Source: Acetobacteraceae bacterium (GTDB lineage: Bacteria; Pseudomonadota; Alphaproteobacteria; Acetobacterales; Acetobacteraceae). Taken from it: a stretch of 64,000 nt of DNA. This document shows positions 7,222-16,032 of the stretch, in pieces. Position 1 is the stretch's first letter; each line of letters starts with the position of its first letter. The DNA is taken from positions 1,037 through 65,036 of the forward strand of contig DASRQX010000428.1 of NCBI GenBank assembly GCA_035696165.1, given 5' to 3'. Under the pieces are notes generated by a model. It was not told the origin of the DNA, searched no databases, and was given only the letters and a program-made list of their open reading frames with translations. The position numbers and the translations under genes are program-made.

Positions 7222-8295
7222 CTAGTCATGGAGAAGATCGGCGTAGATATTTTCGATGGCCGTTACCTCGTCATCGGTCAATGCGCCGGGCTCCTTTTCC
7301 CGCGCGCGTTTCGAGAAATGTCCTCCGTTTTGCCGGAGGAATCCCATCATCAGATCGAATCTGTGCTCGGGCATCTCAAGAAAGTTCTGGAGCGCGGCGT
7401 TGATGCGGGTCTTCAGCATGCCGCGAACACGGGTCACCAGTTTGCGGTAGCGCTGGCTGTCCCGCGCCTTGCCGCCTGACCGGGCACGGTGGCGGGCAAT
7501 GCCGACGATCTGCTTGTCGATACGCTTCAGATCGTTGATCAGCCCAGCGCCGAGCAACGTGCCTTCGCTGGTGGCAATCAGCGTGGCGAGGCCAAAATCC
7601 AAACCCAGCCGCTCGACCTTTGGCTCATAGGCCGCGCGGTGTGCGGCAAACGGCTTGGCCATATCCTGCGCCAGCCGGATCGAAACCCGGTCGGCGTCGT
7701 CGGTGCAAGGCTGTACCACGGGGCAGAGTTCGCTGCCGCGACGGTCGAATTGCGGATTGCCGTGCAGGGGAATGACGACCGTGCCACGGTTCGGTCGGCG
7801 CAGCATGGCCCACAGGTCGGCGAAATCGGCAGTCTCCGGCTTCTCGAGCGTTGCCACGCGCACATCCAGGCGCGGCGAGATGCGCGATAGATCGGGATGG
7901 CGATGGTGGCCCATGCAGTGCCGCATGATCGATCTGGCGAGAGCGCGGGCGCCCGGATCAATGTCAACGATCGCCTCTCGGCTGAACCACAACTGGCGCC
8001 AGTTGATCGTATAAAGCTGCTTCTTCGTGGCATCGGGCAGGTTCGATCCCCGGACGCAATTGACGAACTCATTGGCACGGTTGCTGACCCAGCCGTCGAT
8101 TTGCTCCTGGACCTGATAGAACGCCATCTGCACAGGCGTGGCGCCGCAGATGGCGGTTAGGTGTTTGGCCGATGCCTGCTTGTTGGTGCTGCCGGTCTCG
8201 AAGAACAGACGCCACTGCGCACGCCCGACCTGCACGGCCACATCGCGATAGTCGCGGACGAAATCGAGGACCAAGCTTTCCTTTGCCGCGTTCAT
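7222..8295 (-). CDS. TnpB/RuvC-like ORF (357 aa from ATG 8295); only the RuvC-I-like part is recognisable, so it may be truncated or degenerate
   Basis: ..TVVIPLHGNPQFDRRGSEL..RVSIRLAQDM..PKVERLGLDFGLATLIATSEGTLLG, followed by the basic helix ARHRARSGGKARDSQRYRKLVTRVRGMLKTRINAALQ, as in IS605/IS607 TnpB. I can read no RuvC-II/III or zinc-finger motifs. The longer ORF-track start (8487) overlaps the upstream gene. Confidence 0.4.
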   Translation of the reverse strand: MNAAKESLVLDFVRDYRDVAVQVGRAQWRLFFETGSTNKQASAKHLTAICGATPVQMAFYQVQEQIDGWVSNRANEFVNCVRGSNLPDATKKQLYTINWRQLWFSREAIVDIDPGARALARSIMRHCMGHHRHPDLSRISPRLDVRVATLEKPETADFADLWAMLRRPNRGTVVIPLHGNPQFDRRGSELCPVVQPCTDDADRVSIRLAQDMAKPFAAHRAAYEPKVERLGLDFGLATLIATSEGTLLGAGLINDLKRIDKQIVGIARHRARSGGKARDSQRYRKLVTRVRGMLKTRINAALQNFLEMPEHRFDLMMGFLRQNGGHFSKRAREKEPGALTDDEVTAIENIYADLLHD

Positions 8296-8339
8296 CGAAT
8301 GCGTCAGCGTGTCAGCGCGGAGCGGGCCAGGCTTCTTCC

Positions 8340-9341
8340 TCACGCGAACAACGCCTTGAGCGGCAGCGGTCCAGACGTCGTGCCGAACAGTATCGCAAGC
8401 CGGCTCTCGAGTGGTTCCCGACGGTTCCAGCGGAACTCGATTTCGCCAAGGTAGCGGTGCGTGTGCTTGCCGCTGATCTGGTGCCACGCGTCGATGAGGG
8501 CGCGATTGAACATCGCATGCACGCTCTCAGCCGTGCTGACGTGCACCTTCAGGCCAGTACGTTCACCGGTGCGAACAAACTCACCGGCTGAATGGTTGAC
8601 CCGTATGTGGCCTGCCTGCTGGCGGCCAATCGCGATGTCGGCTGGCAGTTCATCGGTCGCGATGATAGCGGTCGGATCGACCTGGGCATGCACCAGCGGG
8701 CGGAAGTCGTTTGTTCCGTGCGAGAGGACCGAACTGAACCGGAGGAACCCGCCACATGCGACGGCGGTGAACGCCATCGGCTTGTCAGTGCCGCGCCCTG
8801 CCTTGCGCTTGCGGCGTCCGTCCGTCTTGGCTGGCTTCTCTGCTTTGGGTTCTTCGAACCGCGGGATGGGTGCCGGCGGTTGCGGCTTGTTCGAGGCGCG
8901 TGGTTTGCCGCCCATGCAGGTTTCGTCGAGTTCGACGATGCCCTCTAGCAATTCCGGGTCGCTGTCCATCATCGCCCGGATGCGGTGCGTCAGATGCCAT
9001 GTCGTGCGGTATTGCAGCCCAAGCAGGCTGGCCAGTTTGAGCGACGAGATGCCCTTGCTGCTGGAAGCGATCAGGTACATCGCGATGATCCAGGTGGCGA
9101 TCGGCAGGTGCGTGTTGTGCATCGCAGTGCCAGCCGTCACTGAGAACCGCTTGCCGCAGTCCAGGCAGGTGAACCGGCCCGGCAAGGTGGTGATGCGCGA
9201 AGCGTGGTTGACGACGCCGCATCCTGGGCAGACTGGCCCATCGGGCCAGCGTGCTTTTTCCAGAACGGCGAGACATGTTGCTGGATCGGAAAACCGCTTT
9301 TGCAACGCGGCCAGGGTCAGCGGGTCTTTGCCGGGCTTCAT
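8340..9341 (-). CDS. IS1595-family DDE transposase (apparently intact, 333 aa)
   Basis: N-terminal zinc ribbon (WPDGPVCPGCG..FTCLDCGKRFSVTAGT), then an HTH-like stretch (SSKGISSLKLASLLGLQYRTTWHLTHRIR), then IVELDETCMGGK and ..IATDE... Confidence 0.85.
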   Translation of the reverse strand: MKPGKDPLTLAALQKRFSDPATCLAVLEKARWPDGPVCPGCGVVNHASRITTLPGRFTCLDCGKRFSVTAGTAMHNTHLPIATWIIAMYLIASSSKGISSLKLASLLGLQYRTTWHLTHRIRAMMDSDPELLEGIVELDETCMGGKPRASNKPQPPAPIPRFEEPKAEKPAKTDGRRKRKAGRGTDKPMAFTAVACGGFLRFSSVLSHGTNDFRPLVHAQVDPTAIIATDELPADIAIGRQQAGHIRVNHSAGEFVRTGERTGLKVHVSTAESVHAMFNRALIDAWHQISGKHTHRYLGEIEFRWNRREPLESRLAILFGTTSGPLPLKALFA

Positions 9342-9715
9342 GCCGCCGCCACGCTCTCGTGCGGAAGGATCGTCACCTTCGTCGGGCGTTGCAACTTCCA
9401 GTCTCGGCTGATCGGCGCATTATAGACCTCGCGACGGCCTTGGTAGCCTTTGATGTCATCAGCCGCATGGGCTTCAAACTCAAAGATGTCCCCACCAGCA
9501 AGCCCGACCGACCATTTCCCAGGGGTGAACCACAGATGGTGGGTCAGCAGCGTTCCGGTATCGGCGTCAACGACGTCACGCAGCAAAATGGTCGGGACCG
9601 GCGGACCTCTGAAAGCGGCTTTGGTGCCAAAGCGTTCAACAACCGCGCGGCAGCGAAACCGAGTGCCGTCGCGCTTTTGCAGCTCCTGTCTTTTGCCGAT
9701 GGACTTGGTAGCCAT
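9338..9715 (-). CDS. Hypothetical 125-aa protein, translationally coupled to the IS1595 transposase
   Basis: Its TGA (9338-9340) overlaps the transposase ATG (9339-9341) as ATGA. The sequence ..RFRCRAVVERFGTKAAFRGPPVPTILLRDVVDADTGTLLTHHLWFTPGKWSVGLAGGDIFEFEAHAADDIKGYQGRR.. looks like a small beta-rich domain. No family recognised. Confidence 0.5.
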   Translation of the reverse strand: MATKSIGKRQELQKRDGTRFRCRAVVERFGTKAAFRGPPVPTILLRDVVDADTGTLLTHHLWFTPGKWSVGLAGGDIFEFEAHAADDIKGYQGRREVYNAPISRDWKLQRPTKVTILPHESVAAA

Positions 9716-9826
9716 CGTTGAGGTTCCTTCTCGACTGTAGGTCAGGGCCGGATCGGTGTTATCAGCACCGCCCGGCCCGAACTATAAACCCGGCCGTGTG
9801 TTAGAAAGCAATAGGTCCGCCAGGTG

Positions 9827-11974
9827 TTATCGCTCGATCACCAAAAGTCCGTCCACCGCGACGACCTCGGCGCGGTTCCAACGGATCGGGTTCACCTCGA
9901 ACGTGAATCGTGGCCAGGGGGCACCGGCGCACAATAGTGACAGACGCGCCACGAACGCGGCGGGCGCGGAACGATCGAGCGGGCCGATTTCGTCCCTGGC
10001 GTGTGTGGCGAGGCGCAGCCGCCCGATCATGTTGGCGGCGACAGCTTCGTCCACTGGTGCGCGCGCGGTCACAACGTCCTCCAGCAATTCGGTCAGCCCG
10101 CCGCCGGCTCCGACCGAGATCATCGGGCCGAACACCGGATCGGCGAAGGCCGACACCAACAGTTCAGTGCCGCCGCGCGCCATGCGTTGCACTAGCACAC
10201 CGTCCAGCGTCACCCCAAGCACGGTCGCGCGGTCGGCCAATCGGCGAAAGCCTGCCGCTACGTCGTCTTCCGTGCGCAAATCTACTGCAAGCAATCCGGC
10301 GGCGGCGCGGTGCGTGATGCGCGGGGTGATGCCCTTCAGCACGACGGGCAGACCGACCCCGGCAGCGATGCGCTGCGCCTCGGCCGCGCTGGTGGCCAAC
10401 GCGCCCGCCGCGGCGGGCAGGCCGGCGGCGCGCAGGATCGCGTGACAGCCGTCTTCCGGCACCACGGAGGTCGCGGCGGGCACGTGTGCGGCCCAGTCGA
10501 ACGCCACCGGAACGAGTGTGCCTCCGCGGCGAGGCCGCGACATCGCGGCAGCGAGCCGGGCGAGGTGGCCCAGCGCGCGCAGGCCGCGATCCGGCTCGTC
10601 GAAGCTCGGGATGCCGTGCTCGGCGAAGTGCGCCTCGGTGCCGGTGGGCGGCGCGGGCCAGCTCACGCAGACCGGCTTAGGGCAGCGCGCCACGAAATCG
10701 ATGAACACCTGGGAAATCTCCTGCGCCCGCGAGGCCATGGCACCGACGATGAGGATCACCGAGCTGATGTCGGGCTGCGACGCCAGAACGTCCATTGCAA
10801 CGGGAAGCTGCGCCAGGCTCTCGGCGCGGAATGCCGTGCTGGGCGTCAGGTCCATCGGGTTGGCCGCCGAGGCCACCGACAGCAGCAGCGGGCGCAACTT
10901 CGCGCTGTGCGCCGCGTCCAGCGGTGGCGCCTCAAGGCCGTGCGTCGTGCACTGATCGGCCGCCAGCACGCCGTTGCCGCCGCCGAATGTTACGATCCCG
11001 ACGCCGTTGCCGCGCGGCAGCCGGTCGTGCGCCAGACCGGCGAGCATCAGGCTGACATCCACCAGCTCCTCCACCGAGCGCACGCGGATGACCCCGAGTT
11101 CTTGCAGCACGGCGTCGAACACCCGGTTCACGCCGACCAGCGAGCCGGTGTGCGCCTGGGCGGCGCGCGCCGAGGCGGCGGTCGCGCCGGATTTGATCAT
11201 CACCACCGGCTTGCCGCGATCACGTGCCGCCTCCAGCGCATTGACAAGCTTGGCGCCGTCACCCGCGCCTTCGAGGTAGGCGGCAATCACCTCGGTGCCT
11301 TCGTCGCAGGCCAGCGCGTGCAAGTAGTCGGCGAAATCCACCACCGCCTCGTTGCCGCCGCTGATCAAGTGGCGGAAGCCGAAGCCGGCCCATTGCACCA
11401 TGGAGAACGCGGTCGTGCCGATACCGCCGCTCTGCGTAACCATGCTGATCGGCCCAGCACGCAGGCTCGTGAATTCGTGCAGCGCGGTGGCAAAGCTTTG
11501 GGTCGCCGGCGTGGCAGCATTGATGATGCCGACGCAGTTCGGGCCGCACAGCGTGAAGCCGGTCTCCTGGCACAGTGCCACAAGATCGCGTTGCAGCGCG
11601 GCGCCTTCGGCGCCCGTCTCGGCAAAGCCGCCGGCGAAGGCGACGCCAAGGCGCGTACCGACCGCAATGCAGTCGCGCACCGTGTCAACAACAGCAGCGG
11701 CAGGGATCGACATCACCGCCGAGTGAGGCGCTTCCGGCAGATCGGCCATGGTGCGATGACAGGTGACCCCGCGGACCGTGCCGCCCGACGGGTTCACCGC
11801 GAAGACGCGGCCAGGATAGCCGAAGCGCAGCAGGCGCTCGACCGTGTCGCCACCCAGATTGCCGGGGCGGTCAGAAGCGCCGATGACGGCGATCGACCGC
11901 GGATAGAGCAGTCCCGAGACGTCAGCGAAGCGTGGTGTAGCGGGGGTGAGATGCGGCGAAGCGGACGAGGCCAT
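9827..11974 (-). CDS. ADP-forming acyl-CoA synthetase (acetate--CoA ligase family; CoA-binding + ATP-grasp), paralog 1
   Basis: 715 aa. LLYPRSIAVIGASDRPGNLGG.., ..LCGPNCVGIIN.., MVTQSGGIG.., a succinyl-CoA-synthetase-like flavodoxin domain and a C-terminal ATP-grasp. It aligns along its whole length with 30431-32566. Confidence 0.85.
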   Translation of the reverse strand: MASSASPHLTPATPRFADVSGLLYPRSIAVIGASDRPGNLGGDTVERLLRFGYPGRVFAVNPSGGTVRGVTCHRTMADLPEAPHSAVMSIPAAAVVDTVRDCIAVGTRLGVAFAGGFAETGAEGAALQRDLVALCQETGFTLCGPNCVGIINAATPATQSFATALHEFTSLRAGPISMVTQSGGIGTTAFSMVQWAGFGFRHLISGGNEAVVDFADYLHALACDEGTEVIAAYLEGAGDGAKLVNALEAARDRGKPVVMIKSGATAASARAAQAHTGSLVGVNRVFDAVLQELGVIRVRSVEELVDVSLMLAGLAHDRLPRGNGVGIVTFGGGNGVLAADQCTTHGLEAPPLDAAHSAKLRPLLLSVASAANPMDLTPSTAFRAESLAQLPVAMDVLASQPDISSVILIVGAMASRAQEISQVFIDFVARCPKPVCVSWPAPPTGTEAHFAEHGIPSFDEPDRGLRALGHLARLAAAMSRPRRGGTLVPVAFDWAAHVPAATSVVPEDGCHAILRAAGLPAAAGALATSAAEAQRIAAGVGLPVVLKGITPRITHRAAAGLLAVDLRTEDDVAAGFRRLADRATVLGVTLDGVLVQRMARGGTELLVSAFADPVFGPMISVGAGGGLTELLEDVVTARAPVDEAVAANMIGRLRLATHARDEIGPLDRSAPAAFVARLSLLCAGAPWPRFTFEVNPIRWNRAEVVAVDGLLVIER

Positions 11975-12045
11975 GGCGGCGCTTTCTGTAGAGATACGTG
12001 GTGCCGGCTTGCGGTGTGCCGTGCCCCGGCACGCCGCGCCGTGTC

Positions 12046-12495
12046 TCAGGCCGCGACCTCGACGCTGCCGTCGCTTTCAGTCAGCTTCAGGCCGTGCTCG
12101 TCCTCGCACCAGATGTCGACCACATAGGTTACGTTTCCGTTCGGCTGCGGCGTCACGCTGCGGATCCGCCCCTTCACGTGCAGCAGCGTGCCGAGCAGCA
12201 CCTGGCGGATGAACTTGGTGCGCAGTTCGCCGCGTGCGATATAGTCCATGCCGAACGCGTGGACCATCATCTCGCTGCACCAGTTGGCCATGATCATGCC
12301 GTCGGCGTTGACGGTTTCGAGTCCCTGCGACCTGGCGTATTCGGGATCGGTGTGGATGTTGGAGCCGACCTGGCGCAGTTCGTCGGTGGCGGCGGACAGC
12401 ATGGCGCTGTCGTACCACTCGATCCGCTGCGTCGTGATGGCGCGCACGGGACCCAGAATGATTTCGCCGACTTTGTAGGCGCGCTTCGTATTCAT
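12046..12495 (-). CDS. MaoC-like (R)-hydratase/dehydratase hot-dog protein
   Basis: 149 aa. GSNIHTDPEYARSQG matches the MaoC motif (nPiHtDpe.A). Its start overlaps the stop of the upstream hot-dog gene at 12495. Confidence 0.75.
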   Translation of the reverse strand: MNTKRAYKVGEIILGPVRAITTQRIEWYDSAMLSAATDELRQVGSNIHTDPEYARSQGLETVNADGMIMANWCSEMMVHAFGMDYIARGELRTKFIRQVLLGTLLHVKGRIRSVTPQPNGNVTYVVDIWCEDEHGLKLTESDGSVEVAA

Positions 12496-12956
12496 CAGGC
12501 CTCTCCCACTTTCTTGAAGCGCAGCAGCGTGCGGTCGTTATAGGTGGTCACCAGCCGCCCATCGGCGGTACGGACCTCCAGGTAGTACCAGAGGTATTGC
12601 CGCTCGCGCAGGATGTACTTGTCGACGATGTGGCCGGTGACGATCAGCCGCTCGCCGACATAGGCGGGGCTGTGCTGTTTGGCATGATATTCGTAGTGGA
12701 TGCGGGCGTCTTCGGCCTTCATGCCGGCGATGCGCTGCTCCTTCAGGCAATTCTTTTCCAGGATGCGCATCTTGTCGACATGGATCATGGTCGGCGGGCG
12801 CACCTGCCGGCCGGTCGGGTTCAGATCGGAGTGGAACAGCTCGCTGCTCTCCTCCACGCCATGAGCGTATTCGGTGCACATGAACGCGCTGAGTTCGTAT
12901 TCGACCGGTTCGAACACGTCACCCTTTTCTAGATCACCGATAGTGCCACCCAGCAT
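12495..12956 (-). CDS. Hot-dog fold protein (MaoC_dehydrat_N / FAS1-like dehydratase N-terminal-domain type)
   Basis: 153 aa, paired and overlapping with the MaoC gene, the arrangement typical of two-subunit enoyl-CoA hydratases. Confidence 0.6.
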   Translation of the reverse strand: MLGGTIGDLEKGDVFEPVEYELSAFMCTEYAHGVEESSELFHSDLNPTGRQVRPPTMIHVDKMRILEKNCLKEQRIAGMKAEDARIHYEYHAKQHSPAYVGERLIVTGHIVDKYILRERQYLWYYLEVRTADGRLVTTYNDRTLLRFKKVGEA

Positions 12957-13041
12957 GCTGTCCTCCTGATGCCGATTGATCCGTCGAAGTCGTTCCGTTC
13001 CCGGCGAGCGTGCCGGCCTCGCGGCAGACGCGGTCCTGCGA

Positions 13042-14052
13042 TCAGTGCCCTGTCACCTTTTGCAGCTCGCCATAGATCTCCATCGCCCGTCCGCCGAGGC
13101 TTTCGGCGAATGCCTGATTCATCGGCCGCACAGCATCGACGAAGGGCTGGCGCGGCGGCGTCATCACCGCGAGACCGGCCTTCACCAGCCGATCGAGGTC
13201 GGCCTCGTTCGCCTCCTTGGCGATCTTCAAGTTGTAGTCGGTGGTCTCCCGCCCGGCCTCCACCAGTGCCTGCTGCGCCTCCGCGGTCTGGCGCTGGAAC
13301 ACATCCGGGTTCATTGCGACATAGGCGACGTAGAAGATGTGGTCGGTATGCACCAGGTTGCGGGCCACTTCGTAGTATTTGCCGGTGTACAGCGTGGTGG
13401 CGGAGCCCTCGATCGCATCCGCCACGTGGGCCTGCAGCGCTGTGTACGCCTCCGGTAATGCGACCGGTGTCGGAATGGCGCCGAATGCTTTCACCATGTC
13501 CACGTATAGCGGCGACTGCGGCACGCGGAATTTGAGGCCCTTGAAGTCGGCGAACGTGCGCAGCGGTCTGGTGGCGAGCGTCATGCGCGGTCCGTCGAAC
13601 TGATACCCGAGCGGCTGAAGGTTGGCCTTAACGAACAGCGTCTCAAGGATCGGCTGCACCCGATCGACGATCTGTTTCAACTGATCCAGGCTGACGTAGA
13701 GATACGGCATCTCCAGCACGCGGATGTCGCGGATGAAGCTGCCGAAGCCGGGCAGCCCGGAATAGCCCAGATCGATCGTGCCGGAATGAATGCCGCGCGC
13801 GGCCTCTTCTTCCGTGCCCAGCGCACCGTTGTGGAACACCCGGATGCGCAGCTTGCCGTCCGTTTTCTTTGCCACCAGCTCGCCGAAATATTCGGCACTG
13901 CGCGAGGCGGAGTGCTGCGCGTTGAACAGGCTGGCGTAGCGCAGCGTCACCACTGCTTGCTGCGCCAGGGCCGGCGGCACCAGCGCGCCGCCGGCCGCGC
14001 CGATCGCCCGCAGGGCATCGCGCCGCGTCAACTTCCGTCGCGTTGATGGCAT
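13042..14052 (-). CDS. dctP: TRAP transporter substrate-binding protein (DctP family), system 1
   Basis: ATG 14052 is preceded by GAGGGGAA. Twin-arginine-like signal MPSTRRKLTRRDALRAIGAAGG; DctP-like body (..RYASLFNAQHSASRSAEYFGELVAKKTDGKLRIRVFHNGALG..). Confidence 0.85.
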   Translation of the reverse strand: MPSTRRKLTRRDALRAIGAAGGALVPPALAQQAVVTLRYASLFNAQHSASRSAEYFGELVAKKTDGKLRIRVFHNGALGTEEEAARGIHSGTIDLGYSGLPGFGSFIRDIRVLEMPYLYVSLDQLKQIVDRVQPILETLFVKANLQPLGYQFDGPRMTLATRPLRTFADFKGLKFRVPQSPLYVDMVKAFGAIPTPVALPEAYTALQAHVADAIEGSATTLYTGKYYEVARNLVHTDHIFYVAYVAMNPDVFQRQTAEAQQALVEAGRETTDYNLKIAKEANEADLDRLVKAGLAVMTPPRQPFVDAVRPMNQAFAESLGGRAMEIYGELQKVTGH

Positions 14053-14093
14053 CTTGGTTCCCCTCGTGTTTGCTGACGCTCGCATTGGGTGCC

Positions 14094-15986
14094 TCAATTG
14101 CCGAAACCGAATGCATCGGGCAGCACCAGCGTGAACCACGGCACGAACGCCACGATCAGCAGCCCGATCAACAGGACGATCAAGTATGGCGTCATGGCGC
14201 GCGACGCCTGCTCCAGGCTGGTGCCCATGATTGCGCAGCAGACGAAGAATCCCACCCCCACCGGCGGCAGGAACGCGCCCAGCCCCATGGCGATCAGCAG
14301 CACGATGCCGTAATGGAGTCCGTTCAGGCCGAACTGCCCCGCCATGGGCACCAGCATCGGCGCCAGAATATTCAGCGCCGGTAGGCCTTCAAGCAGCATA
14401 CCGGTGACGATCAGCAGCACGATCGAGCCAACCAGGAAGATCGCCTGGCTGCCGTGCAGTCCCTGCAGCAGCATTACCAGCCGCTGCGGCACATAGGCGA
14501 TGGTCAGCGCCCAGGAGAAGCTGGCGGCAGCGGCGAGGATGAACAGGATCATTCCGGCCAGTGCCGCGCTGTCGATCGCGGCGCGCAGCAGGTCGCGCGC
14601 ACCCATGGCGTGGTACACCACCGTCCCCAGCAGCAGCCCGTAGACCACGGCGAAGGACGACACCTCGGTGGGCGTGGCGATGCCGCCCAGGATGCCGCCG
14701 AACAGCAGCGCTGGCATCGACAGCGGCAAGATGGCTGCGCCGCCGGCGCGCAGCATCGTCGCGACGCTGGCACGCGGCACTCGCGGCAGCCTGGCGCGGC
14801 GGGCACGCAGATGGATCAGCAGCATCAGGCAGACGCCGATCACCGCGGCCGGGATCACACCGCCGATGAACAGCGCGGCGATCGAAAGCTGGGTGATCGA
14901 GCCGAGCACCAGGATGCCGATGCTGGGCGGCACCGTGTCGCCCATTACCGCCGCGGAGGCGATCACGGCAGTTGCCTCGCTCGCGTCGTAGCCCTGCTGG
15001 GCCAGCATCCGGCGCATCACCGTGCCGACCGCAGCGACGTCCGCGGTCTTCGATCCCGACAGGCCGGAGACCAGGTACATGCTGACCACGACGACCTGCA
15101 GCAGACCGCCGCGCAGATGGCCGACCAGCGCATGGACGAAGCGCACCAGTCGCAGGCTGATATCGCCGCGCTCCATGATCAGGCCGGCGAAGATGAAGAA
15201 GGGCAGCGCCAGCAGCACGAAGTTGCTGGTGCCGTCGACCATCTTCTGCGCCAGCGCGAACATCGGTACGGTGCCGGTGAGCCAGAAATAGCAGGCGGTG
15301 GCGAGCAGCAGCGCGAAGCCGATCGGCAGGCCGATCACGCTGGAGATCACCAGTAGTACGAGCGCCGCCGACATGGCGCCGTCGCTGTTGAAACAGCCGA
15401 TCCACAGCGGCCGGGTCGCGATTCCGACCGTCAGCAGCAACAGGAACAACATGGCGGCGATGCCGACCGCGCCGCGCTCGGCGCGGCGGAGATTCGCGGT
15501 GGCGTAGAATGCCAGCAGTGGCATGCTGAACGCCAGTGGCACCACGAACACGCCGCCTGGCAGCTCCAGGATCGGCGTCTCCTCGGTCCAGGCGGCGCCC
15601 GCCGCCGTCAACGCCAGGGCAAAGACCAGAACCGCGAGGCCGAGCACCAGAATGTCGGCCATCGCGAGGCAGGCCCGGCGCGGTGCCGGGGCCAGGCGGT
15701 TCAGTACCACGCGCAGGACTGTGTGCTGGCCACGCCGGTACGCCACCACGCCCCCGACGAAGGCCAGCACGGCAAGCGCGATGCGCGCCAGTTCCTGGGT
15801 CCACAGGATCGACACGCCAAACAGGCTGCGGGAGAGCACGTTGAGGAAGATCACGGTGACCTCGCCGAGCAGGGCGGCAAGGATCACCGCCTCACCGGCA
15901 TGGTCGGCGAGGCGGCACAGCAGGCCGTCCGCGACGACTGGCGCGGGCACGGCGGGCGCGGCCACCGTGGTGTCGGCGACCGCCAT
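14094..15986 (-). CDS. TRAP transporter fused small/large permease (DctQ-DctM fusion), system 1
   Basis: About 630 aa from ATG 15986 (GGGAGG 8 nt upstream). A DctQ-like N-terminal part is followed by a 12-TM DctM body (..DNFVLLALPFFIFAGLIMERGDISLRLV..). The ORF-track start 16097 overlaps the upstream gene. Confidence 0.85.
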   Translation of the reverse strand: MAVADTTVAAPAVPAPVVADGLLCRLADHAGEAVILAALLGEVTVIFLNVLSRSLFGVSILWTQELARIALAVLAFVGGVVAYRRGQHTVLRVVLNRLAPAPRRACLAMADILVLGLAVLVFALALTAAGAAWTEETPILELPGGVFVVPLAFSMPLLAFYATANLRRAERGAVGIAAMLFLLLLTVGIATRPLWIGCFNSDGAMSAALVLLVISSVIGLPIGFALLLATACYFWLTGTVPMFALAQKMVDGTSNFVLLALPFFIFAGLIMERGDISLRLVRFVHALVGHLRGGLLQVVVVSMYLVSGLSGSKTADVAAVGTVMRRMLAQQGYDASEATAVIASAAVMGDTVPPSIGILVLGSITQLSIAALFIGGVIPAAVIGVCLMLLIHLRARRARLPRVPRASVATMLRAGGAAILPLSMPALLFGGILGGIATPTEVSSFAVVYGLLLGTVVYHAMGARDLLRAAIDSAALAGMILFILAAAASFSWALTIAYVPQRLVMLLQGLHGSQAIFLVGSIVLLIVTGMLLEGLPALNILAPMLVPMAGQFGLNGLHYGIVLLIAMGLGAFLPPVGVGFFVCCAIMGTSLEQASRAMTPYLIVLLIGLLIVAFVPWFTLVLPDAFGFGN

Positions 15987-16032
15987 CCGGGCCGCCTCCC
16001 GTCTCATCGGCGCACCGCGACTCCGCCTCGCC

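Noticed and set aside
10310-12127. 605-aa plus-strand ORF opposite acyl-CoA synthetase 1. Similar long ORFs lie at 14389-15804(-), 14454-15356(+), 15523-16317(+), 20332-21945(-), 23559-24692(+) and 26213-27541(-).
   Set aside because: These are Arg/Gly/Ala/His/Pro-rich low-complexity translations that lie antisense to, or in an alternative frame of, genes with clear family motifs. They are typical shadow ORFs of GC-rich DNA.
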